Part shown: positions 44,078 through 54,501 of the stretch, one piece after another
Numbering within the stretch: the first letter of the stretch is position 1
Layout: each line of letters begins with the position of its first letter
The notes under the pieces: generated by a model
Database searches by the model: none
Seen by the model: only the letters and a program-made list of their open reading frames with translations
Told to the model about the DNA's origin: nothing
Assembly: GCA_903927755.1 (NCBI GenBank)
Contig: CAIYOD010000013.1
Location: forward strand, 1,799-65,798
Direction: 5' to 3'
Source: an uncultured Thermoleophilia bacterium
Lineage (GTDB): Bacteria; Actinomycetota; Thermoleophilia; UBA2241
DNA: 64,000 nucleotides
Translations under genes and position numbers: made by a program

Positions 44078-44554
44078 TCAGCCCTTGACGGACGGCGGGC
44101 GGCGCCCTCGACCTTCCCTCCGGAGGTCCAGAGCGGCGATCTGATCCAGCACGTCGTCGACCTGGCGCTCCACCAGCGCCGGGTCGACGACGTGCTCCTT
44201 CAGCGCGCCGAGCGCGTGGGCCACGGCGGCGTCGTAGTCGCGGCGGTAGCGTCTGTTGAGGTCGTGCCAGGGGACGCCGGCCATGGCGGAGACGGCGTCC
44301 GAGTCTGCGTGCAGCTCGCCACGCTCCAGCAACACCGCGAGGATGGGATAGCCGAGGTAGCCCTGCCAGTAGGAGGCGTTGTCGTTGGCGGTGATCGAGC
44401 GCCCGTCCGCGGACCACTCGACGTCGTAGGTCTTGTCGCCGCCGGAGGAGACGACCGTCGCGGAGCCGGGCCCGGTGAGCTGCACCCGGCCGTCGGCGAC
44501 CGCGGTGAACGCCTCGAAGACCTTTGCCCTGGGCGGCAGTCTCCAGGGAGCCAT
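44078..44554 (-). CDS. Conserved hypothetical protein
   Basis: PPRAKVFEAFTAVADGRV..NDNASYWQGYLGYP..GVPWHDLN; GGAGGTG RBS. Confidence 0.8.
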   Translation of the reverse strand: MAPWRLPPRAKVFEAFTAVADGRVQLTGPGSATVVSSGGDKTYDVEWSADGRSITANDNASYWQGYLGYPILAVLLERGELHADSDAVSAMAGVPWHDLNRRYRRDYDAAVAHALGALKEHVVDPALVERQVDDVLDQIAALDLRREGRGRRPPSVKG

Positions 44555-44731
44555 CGTCACCTCCACGCGCCGGCCGGCCCGTCGGCCGGGCGGTCATCAC
44601 GACTGTACCCGGCCGCCGGGCGTCCCCCACGGCAGGCCGTCGTCACTCCGGGTCCGCAGGGCCTAGAATGGCGCTGGGACTGACGCGCCGTGAGGGTGAC
44701 GGCGAGAGTGGCGAGACCAGCGGAGGGTCAC

Positions 44732-45940
44732 ATGAGCGACGACGTGAGACGGCAGGACGGCGAGGCGCCGGACCTCTCGCCCGCCACCCTTGCGGTGCGG
44801 GCAGGCGAGGACGAGGCGCGGGCGCACCGCGGCACGCAGGTGCCGATCGTGTACAGCGCCGCGTTCGGCTACGAGGACGTGGACTCGTGGGTGGACGCGG
44901 CTCTCGGCCGCACCGAGGGCCACATCTACACGCGCAACACCAATCCCACGGTCGCGGCGTTCGAGGAGAAGGTCAGGATCCTCGAGGGAGCCGCGGCGGC
45001 CACGAGCTTCTCCACCGGCATGGCCGCCGTCAGCAACACGCTCTTCGCGCTGGTCGCGCCGGGCGACCGCGTCGTCTCGGTCAAGGACACCTACGGCGGC
45101 ACCAACCAGATGTTCGTCGACTTCCTGCCGCGCATCGGCGTCGAGGTGGAGCTCTGCGACACCACGGACTTCGAGCAGATCGAGGCTGCCGTCGCCCGTG
45201 GCTGCCGCCTCCTCTACCTCGAGTCGCCCACCAACCCGACGCTCAAGGTCATGGACATCGCCCGCCTCTCCGCGGCGGCTCACGAGGTCGGCGCGCTCGT
45301 GGTCGCCGACAACACCTTCGCGACGCCGATCAACCAGAACCCGCTCGCGCTGGGCACGGACCTCGTGCTGCACAGCGCCACCAAGTTCCTCGGCGGCCAC
45401 GCGGACGCGCTCGGCGGCGTGCTCTGCGGCCCCGCCGAGCTCATCAAGATGGTCTACCACTATCGCGAGATCACCGGCGCGTCACTCGACCCGATGGCCG
45501 CGTACCTGTTCGTGCGCAGCCTCAAGACCCTCGCGCTGCGCGTGCGGCAGCAGAACGAGAACGCGATGACGATCGCCCGCTGGCTGCAAGGGCAGCCGGT
45601 CGTCGACGTGGTCAACTATCCGGGGCTCGAGTCGCACCTGCATCACGACGTGGCGGCGCGGCAGATGCGCGGTTACGGCGGCATGCTGAGCTTCTCGCTG
45701 GGCGGCGGCTTCGACGCGGTCAAGCGCGTGCTGCCGCGCCTGCGGCTCGCGCACCTGGCCGCCAACCTTGGGGCGGTCGAGACGCTTGCCGGCGTGCCGG
45801 CCACGACCAGCCATGTCGAGTGCACCGCGGAGGAGCGCGCCGCCATGGGCATCCCGGAGGGGCTGGTGCGCTATTCGGTCGGCATCGAGGACGCACAGGA
45901 CCTGATCGCCGACCTCGAGCAGGCGTTCACGGCGGCGTAG
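44732..45940 (+). CDS. Cystathionine gamma-synthase/trans-sulfuration PLP enzyme
   Basis: YTRNTNPT, FSTGMAA, ESPTNP, DNTFATP, HSATKFLGGH. Confidence 0.92.
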   Translation: MSDDVRRQDGEAPDLSPATLAVRAGEDEARAHRGTQVPIVYSAAFGYEDVDSWVDAALGRTEGHIYTRNTNPTVAAFEEKVRILEGAAAATSFSTGMAAVSNTLFALVAPGDRVVSVKDTYGGTNQMFVDFLPRIGVEVELCDTTDFEQIEAAVARGCRLLYLESPTNPTLKVMDIARLSAAAHEVGALVVADNTFATPINQNPLALGTDLVLHSATKFLGGHADALGGVLCGPAELIKMVYHYREITGASLDPMAAYLFVRSLKTLALRVRQQNENAMTIARWLQGQPVVDVVNYPGLESHLHHDVAARQMRGYGGMLSFSLGGGFDAVKRVLPRLRLAHLAANLGAVETLAGVPATTSHVECTAEERAAMGIPEGLVRYSVGIEDAQDLIADLEQAFTAA

Positions 45941-46005
45941 GCTTTCCCCCGGAGACGGGGAATGTGTCACCGACTGGTAACGCGAGCACTCAGGGAGGGC
46001 CGGCC

Positions 46006-47508
46006 GTGGCCGACAAGCAGCGCAAGAACGGTACGACCGGCGCTCCGGAGCCGGACGAAGTCACGGCGGTCACCCAGGTGTCTGCGCCGGTCGAGGGCGA
46101 ACCGGCGGCCGCGGAGGCGGCGGAGGCGGCGAGCGCCGCAGCGGACGACGAGTCCACGGCGGTCATGACGACCCCCGACGACGAGGTCACGCAGGTGGCC
46201 GCCGGCGGCGCCGGCGGCGACGAGGCGACTGCGATCGTCACGACGGAGCGGCATCCCAGCCGTCTGCGTCGTCTCCTCATCGGCCTCCTCATCGTCCTCG
46301 CGTGTCTCGGCGTGGTCGTCAGCGGCCTGACGATGTGGACGCACTACACCGTCATGGACACCGACGGCTACATGCGGATCGTCGGACCGATCGGCAAGGA
46401 TCCGCAGGCCATCCAGAGCCTGAGCGCCTACATCGCCGGCCAGGCGGTGGCCGCCACCGACCTGCAGCAGCGCGTGGGCGACGCCCTGCCGGACAAGGCG
46501 AAGCTCTTCGCCGGCCCCATCACCGGCGTCATCGAGGACTTCATCATCAAGGGCACCGACAAGGTGCTGAGCTCGCCCAAGGCCTACGAGCTCTGGCTCA
46601 AGATCAACGAGATCGGCCACGAGAAGATCGTCGCGCTGCTGCGCGGTGAATCGACGACCGCCTACATCGCCGGCAGCGACGTGAAGCTCAACCTGCTGCC
46701 GCTCGTCAGCCAGGTGCTGGTGTGGGTTGACGGCAAGCTGCCGGGTGGGCTCTCGAGCCGCTTGTCGCCGCCCGTCATCGCCCCCGGCACCGACCCGGCG
46801 GCCTCCATCCAGGAGGTCGCGAACTGGTCGGGCAAGCCGCTCCCGTCCGACTTCGGGCAGATCACCCTGATCCAGTCCGATGCGCTCGGGCCGGCGCAGG
46901 AGGCCGTCAAGTGGTTCGACCGGCTCGTGTGGATCGTCCCGTTCGTCACCGCCGCGCTGATCGCCCTGGCGATCTGGCTCTCGCGCCGACGCGGGCGGAC
47001 GGCGATCGCCATCGGCATCGGCGCCGCGATCGCCATCTTCCTGACGCGCGTGATCATCAAGCGCGCGTCCGTGTACCTCACCGATCAACTCAGGGAAGGC
47101 GGCGGCCTTCGCCTCGCCAAGGACGTGGTGAACGCGTCGCTGGAGCCGCTCACGACGATCACCATCTGGATCTGCGTGATCGGTGTCGTGGCGGCCGTCC
47201 TCGTCTGGCTGCTCGGCCGCCGCGACGTGCGCGCCGGCGTGGTCGCGGTCGGCAAGCGCGCCGCCGGCCAAGCCGTCGAGGTCAGGATCCCGGATTCGCC
47301 CGTCACCTCCTGGATCGGCAACCACGTCGTGGCCGTGCGCTGGGGCCTGGTCGTCGTCGGGTTGATCGTCCTGTCGATCGTGGCGTCCTCGTGGCTCGGG
47401 ATCATCCTCGTGGTGGTGATCGTCCTGCTGCTGCAGGGTGTGCTCAGCCTGCTCGCCGGGCAGTGGCCGTTCGCCGAGCCGGACAGCAACGAGGCGGCGC
47501 CCGTCTGA
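46006..47508 (+). CDS. Hypothetical multi-pass membrane protein with acidic N-terminal tail
   Basis: GGGAGGG RBS before GTG 46006; one TM, large loop, then about 5 TM. Confidence 0.78.
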   Translation: MADKQRKNGTTGAPEPDEVTAVTQVSAPVEGEPAAAEAAEAASAAADDESTAVMTTPDDEVTQVAAGGAGGDEATAIVTTERHPSRLRRLLIGLLIVLACLGVVVSGLTMWTHYTVMDTDGYMRIVGPIGKDPQAIQSLSAYIAGQAVAATDLQQRVGDALPDKAKLFAGPITGVIEDFIIKGTDKVLSSPKAYELWLKINEIGHEKIVALLRGESTTAYIAGSDVKLNLLPLVSQVLVWVDGKLPGGLSSRLSPPVIAPGTDPAASIQEVANWSGKPLPSDFGQITLIQSDALGPAQEAVKWFDRLVWIVPFVTAALIALAIWLSRRRGRTAIAIGIGAAIAIFLTRVIIKRASVYLTDQLREGGGLRLAKDVVNASLEPLTTITIWICVIGVVAAVLVWLLGRRDVRAGVVAVGKRAAGQAVEVRIPDSPVTSWIGNHVVAVRWGLVVVGLIVLSIVASSWLGIILVVVIVLLLQGVLSLLAGQWPFAEPDSNEAAPV

Positions 47509-47620
47509 GGCCGGCCTGCGGCGGAGCACGGCCGGCCGGGTCATCCGTGGAGCAGGGCGCCGGCCTCACTTACGCCGGCGTGCAGGCGCCGGGGCCGACG
47601 CAGGGTAGAGTGTCGCCAGG

Positions 47621-49000
47621 ATGACCGGCGACGCGCACAACAAGTCCGAGGCGAAGGCGAGAGGGGCCGGGCGGGCGCAGCCTGACCCGGCCTCCGCCAC
47701 GCCACTCGAGAAGCCGCTGGAGCCGCCGGCCGACCTGGAGGCCGACTCCCGGCCGAACGGAGCCGCCGACTTCGTCCGCGATCTGTTCTCGCGCGAGCTG
47801 CTCCGCTATCTGGGCCCCGGGTTCATCGTCACCATCGGCTTCATCGACCCCGGCAACTGGGCGACCAACATCGCCGGCGGGTCGGAGTTCGGCTACACGC
47901 TGCTGTGGGTCGTCTCGCTCAGCACGCTCATGCTCATCTTCCTGCAGCACCTCTCGGCCAAGCTGGGCATCGTCACCGGCCACTCCCTGGCCGCGAACGT
48001 CCGCTCGCAGCTGCCCAAGCCCGTGGTCTGGATCGCTGGCGTGACCATCGTGCTGGCCTGCATGGCGACCGACCTGGCGGAGTACCTCGGCGCCGCCCTC
48101 GGCTTCTACCTGCTCTTCGGCTTGCCGCTCTGGCTCGGCGCCCCGCTGACCGTCGGCATCGTCTTCGTCGCCATCCTCGGGCAGCAGTACCACCGCCTCG
48201 AGCGCATGATCGTCGTCTTCCTCGCGATCATCGCCGGCTGCTACATCGTCGAGCTCTTCCTCGTCAAGCCCGACTGGGCGGCGGCTGCGCCGCGCTGGGT
48301 CATCCCCTCCGTGGACGGCGCCAGCATCCTCGTCGCGCTCGGCATGCTCGGCGCCATCGTCATGCCGCACAACATCTACGTGCACTCGAACGTCATTCTG
48401 TCTCGTGATTGGGATCTCGCTCCCGACCGCCGCCGCCGTCTGATGAACTTCGAACTGATCGACACGAGCATGGCGATGGGCGTGGGGTGGCTGGTCAACT
48501 CGGCGATGATCATCGTCGCGGCGGCCGTGTTCTTCACCGCCGGCGTCACGGTCACGAGCATCGAACAGGCGTCCGAGACGCTCGAGCCGCTGGTGGGGTC
48601 GCTGTCGCAGTTCCTCTTCGGCATGGCGCTGCTGGTGGCGGGGATCGCCTCGTCGATCACCTCCTCGCTCGCCGAGGCCAACGTCGTCACCGGCTACCTC
48701 GGCAAGCCCGAGGATCCGCGCACACGCGCCTACAAGATCGGCCTTGTCGTCACTTCGCTTCCCGCGATGCTGGTCATCGCCCTGGGGGTCGACTCCTTCA
48801 AGGCTCTGATCGTGAGCCAGGTGCTGCTCAGCATCCAGTTGCCGTTCACGGTCATCCCGCTGCTCTGGCTCTCGCGCAGCCGCCGCGTGATGGGCGCCGA
48901 CCGCATGAACACGATCCAGCTCGGCGTGGGCGTGCTGCTGGCCGCGATCATCATCGGACTGAACGCGTTCCTCCTCTACCAGATCTTCTTCGGAGGCTAA
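47621..49000 (+). CDS. mntH: Nramp family Mn2+/Fe2+ transporter
   Basis: FIDPGNWATN, MPHNIYVHS, SQVLLSIQLPF. Confidence 0.93.
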   Translation: MTGDAHNKSEAKARGAGRAQPDPASATPLEKPLEPPADLEADSRPNGAADFVRDLFSRELLRYLGPGFIVTIGFIDPGNWATNIAGGSEFGYTLLWVVSLSTLMLIFLQHLSAKLGIVTGHSLAANVRSQLPKPVVWIAGVTIVLACMATDLAEYLGAALGFYLLFGLPLWLGAPLTVGIVFVAILGQQYHRLERMIVVFLAIIAGCYIVELFLVKPDWAAAAPRWVIPSVDGASILVALGMLGAIVMPHNIYVHSNVILSRDWDLAPDRRRRLMNFELIDTSMAMGVGWLVNSAMIIVAAAVFFTAGVTVTSIEQASETLEPLVGSLSQFLFGMALLVAGIASSITSSLAEANVVTGYLGKPEDPRTRAYKIGLVVTSLPAMLVIALGVDSFKALIVSQVLLSIQLPFTVIPLLWLSRSRRVMGADRMNTIQLGVGVLLAAIIIGLNAFLLYQIFFGG

Positions 49001-49002
49001 GC

Positions 49003-49419
49003 ATGGGCGTCTACGACCACATCCTGGTGCCGCTCGAGGGCAGCGAGACCGACGCGTCGGTGCTGGAGCACGTCGGCCGGCTCGCCGAGGACTGCGGCGC
49101 GAGCGTCACACTCCTGCGCGTGGCGCATTTCCACACGCGCGACCAGCGCGCCTGCGAGCTCGAGGGCGGAGAGGACGGCTTGATGCGAGCCGCGGAGCAG
49201 CTGCGCGGCCGCGGCATCGAGGTGCGCACGCTCCTCATCTCCGGCGAGCCCCAGGAGGTCATCGTGCGGCAGGCCGAGGAGCTGCGACCGGACCTGATCG
49301 CCATGGCCACGCACGGGCACGGCTGGGCGAAGCGCATCGTGCTGGGCAGCGTGGCCGACCACGTGCGTCACAACACCGACGTGCCGCTGCTGCTGCTCAA
49401 GGGCGCCGCCGGGAGCTGA
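49003..49419 (+). CDS. Universal stress protein
   Basis: YDHILVPLEGS, DLIAMATHGHG, LGSVADHV..VPLLLL. Confidence 0.9.
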   Translation: MGVYDHILVPLEGSETDASVLEHVGRLAEDCGASVTLLRVAHFHTRDQRACELEGGEDGLMRAAEQLRGRGIEVRTLLISGEPQEVIVRQAEELRPDLIAMATHGHGWAKRIVLGSVADHVRHNTDVPLLLLKGAAGS

Positions 49420-49444
49420 CCTCTCCGCCCGGTATACTCGGGCC

Positions 49445-50125
49445 ATGCCCGATCGCCTCGTCCTCTTCGATATCGACTGCACTCTGATCGACGCCCACGG
49501 CGCGGGCGGGCGAGCCATCCTCCGCGCCATCAAGGACGTGTACGGGGTCGAGGGCGAGCTCGGCGACTACTCGTTCCACGGACGTACAGACCCGGGCATC
49601 ATCGCCGACCTCGCGGCTCTCTGGGGCGCGGACGGCCGCGGTGACGTCGACGAGTGCATCACGCGCTACGTGGATCTGCTGCGCCGCGAGATCGACGGCG
49701 GCGAGGTCGAGACCCTGCCGGGCATCCGCGAGCTGGTGACGGCGCTCGCGGCCGACCGCCGCGCCCTCGTCGGCCTGCTCACCGGCAACATCGAGGAGGG
49801 GGCCCGTCTCAAGCTCGAGCCGACGGGCCTGTACTCGCTGTTCAAGGTCGGGGCCTACGGCTCGGACTCGGCGCTGCGCGCCGATCTGCCGGCGGTCGCC
49901 GTGGCCCGCGCCGAGACGCTCACCGGCCGGCGCTACGCCGGCAAGGACGTGGTCGTCATCGGCGACACGCCGGCCGACGTGGAGTGCGGCGCGTCGCTGG
50001 GCGTCACCGCCGTCGCCGTCGCCACCGGCCGTCACAGCGTGGACGAGCTCGCCGCTCACGCGCCGGATCACCTCTTCGCCGACTTCTCCGGCTGGCGCGC
50101 CGCCTACGACGCCATCATCGGCTGA
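49445..50125 (+). CDS. HAD family hydrolase
   Basis: LFDIDCTL, LTGN, IGDTPADV; TATACT -10 6 nt before ATG. Confidence 0.9.
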   Translation: MPDRLVLFDIDCTLIDAHGAGGRAILRAIKDVYGVEGELGDYSFHGRTDPGIIADLAALWGADGRGDVDECITRYVDLLRREIDGGEVETLPGIRELVTALAADRRALVGLLTGNIEEGARLKLEPTGLYSLFKVGAYGSDSALRADLPAVAVARAETLTGRRYAGKDVVVIGDTPADVECGASLGVTAVAVATGRHSVDELAAHAPDHLFADFSGWRAAYDAIIG

Positions 50126-50254
50126 CCCGGCGCTCCGCGGCGAATACGGCAACAACATCGCCGCCGACGGCAAGGTGACGTCCGACCCTGCTCTCGCAGA
50201 TCCGACGCTCCCGTCACACGAGCGCACTTACGGAGGCGACCAGTCCGGCCGGCC

Positions 50255-51535
50255 CTACGCGAAGCGCTGCACCGCGAGCGGCGCCAGGTCGATCTCCGGC
50301 CTGGCGCCGCTCGCCACTTGCGCCACGAGGCGGCCGGTGGCCGGACCGAGCGAGAGGCCGAGCATGCAGTGGCCGGTCGCGAGGATCACGCGGTCGCGGC
50401 CGGGGACGCGGCCGATGACCGGCAGGCCGTCCGGAGTGACCGGGCGCGGCCCGCGCCAGAGCTGCCGGACGGGACCATCCGCGGGCACCCCGATGGCGCG
50501 CTCGCCGCCGGCACGCAGGTACGCGACGCGTTTGGGGCGCACACGCATGTCCCACCCTGAGAGCTCCATCGTGCTGCCCAGCCGTAGCGAGTCGCCAAGC
50601 GGCGTGAGCACCACGTGGGCGTCGCCCAGGTAGAGCGGCAGCTCTGGGAAGTCGGGTGGGCGGTCGACGTCGACGCTGTAGCCCTTGGCGGGCTCGATGG
50701 GCAGGCGCAGGCCCAGATCGCGGGCGAGGAAGGGCGACCAGGCGCCGGCCGCCAGCACGACCTGGCCGGCCGCGAAGGACCCGCGAGTGGTGACGGCGCT
50801 CACCCCGTCGGGCGCCGGCTCCAGCGCCAGCACCTCGGCGCCGGTGACCACGGCCGCCCCGGCCTCCCCGGCCATGCGTGCGACCGCACGCGTGAAGAGC
50901 ATGGGGTCGAGATGGCCGTCCTCCGGGAAGTAGTAGGCCCCGGCTACGTCGCAGCGCAGGCCGGGGAAGAGCCGCCGGGCTTCTGCCTCCGTCACGTCGT
51001 CCACGCGCACGCCCATGGCCCGCGACTGCTCCACCTCTTCGCCGGCGGCCGCGAGCCCGGCCGGCGTCTCGTAGAGCTGCAGCTCGCCGGTGTGATGGAA
51101 CCGCCATTCGTCGCCACGTCCGTCTGCGTACTCGTCGTGCAGGCGCGCGCTCAGCACGTGCAGGCCGCGCAGCACCGGCGCGGCGGCAGCGGCGCGCTCC
51201 GCGGAGCAGGCCGCCCGGAACGCCAGGAGCCAGCGTGCGAGCGCCGGACTTGGCCGGGGCGCGATGTAGAACGGGCTGGAGGCGTCCAACATCCAGCGCA
51301 GACCCTGGCCGAGCACGCCGGGCGCCGCGAGGGGCGTCGCGTCGCTGGGTACCAGCAGTCCACAGTTGGCGTATGCGCCGCTCGCCGGTGGGCAGATCTC
51401 GAGCTCTCTCTCGAGCAGGGTGACGGCCGCTCCGGCCCGAGCCAGCTCGAGCGCGCAACAGGCGCCGACGGGGCCTCCCCCTACGACGATGATGTCCCCG
51501 GGGTCGTTCAGGGTACTCACCTCCTGGGCGGCCAT
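50255..51535 (-). CDS. FAD-dependent D-amino acid dehydrogenase (DadA-like)
   Basis: VVGGGPVG, LAAGAWS, PAKGYS, RPVTPDGLPVIG, ATGH. Confidence 0.9.
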   Translation of the reverse strand: MAAQEVSTLNDPGDIIVVGGGPVGACCALELARAGAAVTLLERELEICPPASGAYANCGLLVPSDATPLAAPGVLGQGLRWMLDASSPFYIAPRPSPALARWLLAFRAACSAERAAAAAPVLRGLHVLSARLHDEYADGRGDEWRFHHTGELQLYETPAGLAAAGEEVEQSRAMGVRVDDVTEAEARRLFPGLRCDVAGAYYFPEDGHLDPMLFTRAVARMAGEAGAAVVTGAEVLALEPAPDGVSAVTTRGSFAAGQVVLAAGAWSPFLARDLGLRLPIEPAKGYSVDVDRPPDFPELPLYLGDAHVVLTPLGDSLRLGSTMELSGWDMRVRPKRVAYLRAGGERAIGVPADGPVRQLWRGPRPVTPDGLPVIGRVPGRDRVILATGHCMLGLSLGPATGRLVAQVASGARPEIDLAPLAVQRFA

Positions 51536-51560
51536 CGGCCGGTCGCCGGTGTGCCGCTAT

Positions 51561-51577
51561 GCTAACGAAGAACTAAC
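51561..51577 (+). promoter_or_regulatory. Putative Pho box upstream of phoP
   Basis: GCTAAC (51561) and ACTAAC (51572), 11-bp period. Confidence 0.65.
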
Positions 51578-51651
51578 ATCGCGGCACTAGGCTGCACAGG
51601 ACCGCCCGAGATCCGGGACCGCGCCCGCTGCGCGCACCCGACGGAACGGAT

Positions 51652-52359
51652 GTGACCTTGGCCAGAGAGAACGTGCTCGTCGTCGACGACGAGAGGGACA
51701 TCCTCGAGCTCGTCAAGTACAATCTCGACAAAGAGGGCTACCGCGTGACGGTCGTGGCCAGCGGCGAAGACGCCCTGGCGGCCACGCGCGCCAAGATGCC
51801 CGACCTCATCGTCCTCGACCTGATGCTCCCGGGAGTGGACGGCCTCGAGGTCTGCCGCCGGCTCAAGTCCGACTCCAAGACGCGGGGCATCCCCATCGTG
51901 ATGCTCACCGCCAAGGGCAGTGAGGCCGACGTCGTCGCAGGCCTGGAGCTCGGAGCCTCCGACTACGTGACCAAGCCCTTCAGCCCGCGGGTGCTCACGG
52001 CGCGCATCCGCGCCGTGCTGCGCCGCGGCGACGACGCCGCCGACGACGAGGCGACGGTCCACATCAAGGAGCTCACCATCCATCCGGGCCGGCATCAGGT
52101 ACTGGTGTGCGACAAGCCCACTGAGCTCACTGCGACCGAGTTCCGTATCCTCTTGTATCTGGCCAAGCGGCCAGGCTGGGTGTTCACTAGACAGCAGATC
52201 GTCGATGCCGCCCAAGGGGACGACTCATTCGTCAACGACCGCTTCGTGACCGATCGCTCGGTCGACGTGCACATCGTCTCGCTTCGCCGCAAGCTCGGAT
52301 GCTGCGGGGCGTACATCGAGACGGTCCGCGGCGTGGGGTATCGCCTGCAGGACCAATGA
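51652..52359 (+). CDS. phoP: OmpR-family response regulator (PhoP/PhoB)
   Basis: LVVDD, LDLMLP, KPFS, RSVDVHI, ETVRGVGY; upstream of phoR-pst. Confidence 0.88.
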   Translation: MTLARENVLVVDDERDILELVKYNLDKEGYRVTVVASGEDALAATRAKMPDLIVLDLMLPGVDGLEVCRRLKSDSKTRGIPIVMLTAKGSEADVVAGLELGASDYVTKPFSPRVLTARIRAVLRRGDDAADDEATVHIKELTIHPGRHQVLVCDKPTELTATEFRILLYLAKRPGWVFTRQQIVDAAQGDDSFVNDRFVTDRSVDVHIVSLRRKLGCCGAYIETVRGVGYRLQDQ

Positions 52360-52362
52360 ATC

Positions 52363-54159
52363 ATGCGTAGGCCGCGGCTCTTCTGGCGTCTCTACGCCAC
52401 CTATCTCATCATCGTCATCCTGTGTACGGCGGCGGTGGGGTTCTACGCGGTCCGGTCGGTGCGCGACTTCTACTACGACCAGACAGAGCGGGAACTGCAG
52501 GCACGCGGTGCGCTCATCCGCGAGCAGCTCGTCACCGCCATGGACGTCGACTCGCCGCAGCAGTTGGAGGACCTCCTGCGCCGCCTCGGAGAGGCGTCCG
52601 GCACGCGCATCACCCTCATCGCGGCTGACCGGCCCGAGGCGGCGCGCGGTAAGGTGCTGGCCGATTCCGACTCCGATCCCGCGACGATGGAGAACCACGC
52701 CGACCGGAAGGAGTTCCTGTTGGCGCTGCTCGGCCGCCCCGCGCGCACGATCCACTTCAGCGACACGCTCGGCGAGGACATGATGTACGTGGCCATCCCC
52801 GTCCGGGAGGACGGCCGCATCACGACGGTCTTGCGGACGGCCATGCCGCTCACCCGCATGAACGACGCCCTCGGCGTCCTGTACGGCAGCATCGCCGTCA
52901 GCGCCCTGGTCGTGGCAGTGATCGCCGCCGCCATCGGCTTCTACGTCTCTCGCCGCATCAGCGGCCAGATGCGAGCGATCAAGGCGGGGGCCGAGCGACT
53001 TGCGGCCGGCGACTTCTCGCACAAGCTCTTCGTCCCGCAGGTCGAGGAGTTCGCGGTGGTGGCCGAGAGCATCAACCGCATGGCGGAGGAGCTCGACGAC
53101 AAGCTGCGCACGCTCACCCACGAGCGCAACGAGCGCGAGGCGGTGCTCTCCAGCATGGTCGAGGGCGTGCTGGCGGTGGACATCGACGAGCGGGTGATCG
53201 CCGTGAACGCGGCCGCCGCACGTCTTCTGGACACCGACCCCGCAGCGGCCGAGGGCAAGTCGATCCAGGAGGTCGTCCGCAACCCCGACCTCCAGCACGT
53301 GGTCGCGCAGACGCTGGGCGGCCACCGCCCCGTGGAGGCGGACATCGTGATGCGCGTGGGTGCGGAGGAGCGCAACCTCCAGGCAAACGGCACCCTGCTT
53401 CACGGGGACGACGACGGGAGCGACGTCGGCGCCGTCGTCGTCCTCAACGACGTGACGCGCCTCAAGAGGCTCGAGGCGGTGCGGCGCGACTTCGTCGCGA
53501 ACGTCTCCCACGAGCTCAAGACGCCGGTCACCTCCATCAAGGGCTTCGCCGAGACACTCGAGGACGGCGCCTTGGACGACCCGGAGGCGGCCCGCCGCTT
53601 CGTGCGGATCATCGCGGGCCAGGCCGACCGGTTGAACTCGATCATCGAGGACCTCCTGGCGCTGTCGACGCTGGAGCAGTCTGGCGACAGCCCGCTCCTG
53701 CAGCTCGAGGAGGCCGACCTCTGTGACGTGGTGGCCGTGGCGCTCGAAGTCTGCGGCCCCAAAGCGGAGGCCAAGAGCATCGAGCTCCGCGAGGACTGCC
53801 CCGGATGTCTGCTCGCGCGCGTGAGCCCACCCCTCCTCGAGCAGGCGGTCGTCAATCTCATCGACAACGCGACGAAGTACAGCGCCGAGGGCAGCGCGGT
53901 CGTCGTCACGATCGAGGAGCGGGGCGATGAGGTCGTCGTGAGCGTGGCCGACGAGGGGCAGGGAGTCGCGCGCGAGCACCTGCCCAGGCTCTTCGAGCGC
54001 TTCTACCGCGTCGACAAGGCCCGCAGCCGCGACCTCGGCGGCACCGGCCTGGGCCTCGCGATCGTCAAGCACGTGGCGCAGATCCACGGCGGCCGCGTCT
54101 CGGTCGACAGCGTGGTCGGCCGCGGCAGCACCTTCCGCATCCACCTCCCTCGAGGCTGA
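52363..54159 (+). CDS. phoR: Sensor histidine kinase PhoR (HAMP-PAS-HisKA-HATPase)
   Basis: FVANVSHELKTP, FERFYRVDKARSR..GGTGLGLAIVKH. Confidence 0.9.
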   Translation: MRRPRLFWRLYATYLIIVILCTAAVGFYAVRSVRDFYYDQTERELQARGALIREQLVTAMDVDSPQQLEDLLRRLGEASGTRITLIAADRPEAARGKVLADSDSDPATMENHADRKEFLLALLGRPARTIHFSDTLGEDMMYVAIPVREDGRITTVLRTAMPLTRMNDALGVLYGSIAVSALVVAVIAAAIGFYVSRRISGQMRAIKAGAERLAAGDFSHKLFVPQVEEFAVVAESINRMAEELDDKLRTLTHERNEREAVLSSMVEGVLAVDIDERVIAVNAAAARLLDTDPAAAEGKSIQEVVRNPDLQHVVAQTLGGHRPVEADIVMRVGAEERNLQANGTLLHGDDDGSDVGAVVVLNDVTRLKRLEAVRRDFVANVSHELKTPVTSIKGFAETLEDGALDDPEAARRFVRIIAGQADRLNSIIEDLLALSTLEQSGDSPLLQLEEADLCDVVAVALEVCGPKAEAKSIELREDCPGCLLARVSPPLLEQAVVNLIDNATKYSAEGSAVVVTIEERGDEVVVSVADEGQGVAREHLPRLFERFYRVDKARSRDLGGTGLGLAIVKHVAQIHGGRVSVDSVVGRGSTFRIHLPRG

Positions 54160-54360
54160 GAGGGCCGACCCGGCGGCGCACAGGCGCCTGCGACCGGCCT
54201 CGCTGTGGCCGATTCGCGGCCCTCATGCGGGGCTCACATTCCTCTCATCACCCGCGAACCGCGAGCGCGCAGACTTGCTCCGGACGGCCCAGCTCGTCGT
54301 GGCCTGCCGGTCAAGGCTCGGCGGCCTGCGTCGTCTGGCCTCGCGGCACCCACATCGTGC

Positions 54361-54377
54361 GCTAACGAGTCGCTAAC
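54361..54377 (+). promoter_or_regulatory. Putative Pho box upstream of pstS
   Basis: GCTAAC-GAGTC-GCTAAC. Confidence 0.7.
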
Positions 54378-54501
54378 ACTGGCTGGGGAACATTGACCGT
54401 GCTCTGCGGGCAACGGCCGGGGAGGCGACTCCACCAGCGCTCGGCGCGAGTCTCGAGAGGCCGCCCAAGGACCGCTACCACGAAGAGTCACAGGAGGAAG
54501 A

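Noticed and set aside
47510-47620. yybP-ykoY Mn riboswitch before mntH
   Set aside because: Consensus not seen; TAGAGT here is better explained as a -10 element
52222-52260. Short tandem duplication in phoP (FVNDR-FVTDR)
   Set aside because: Five-residue loop duplication with no evident functional implication
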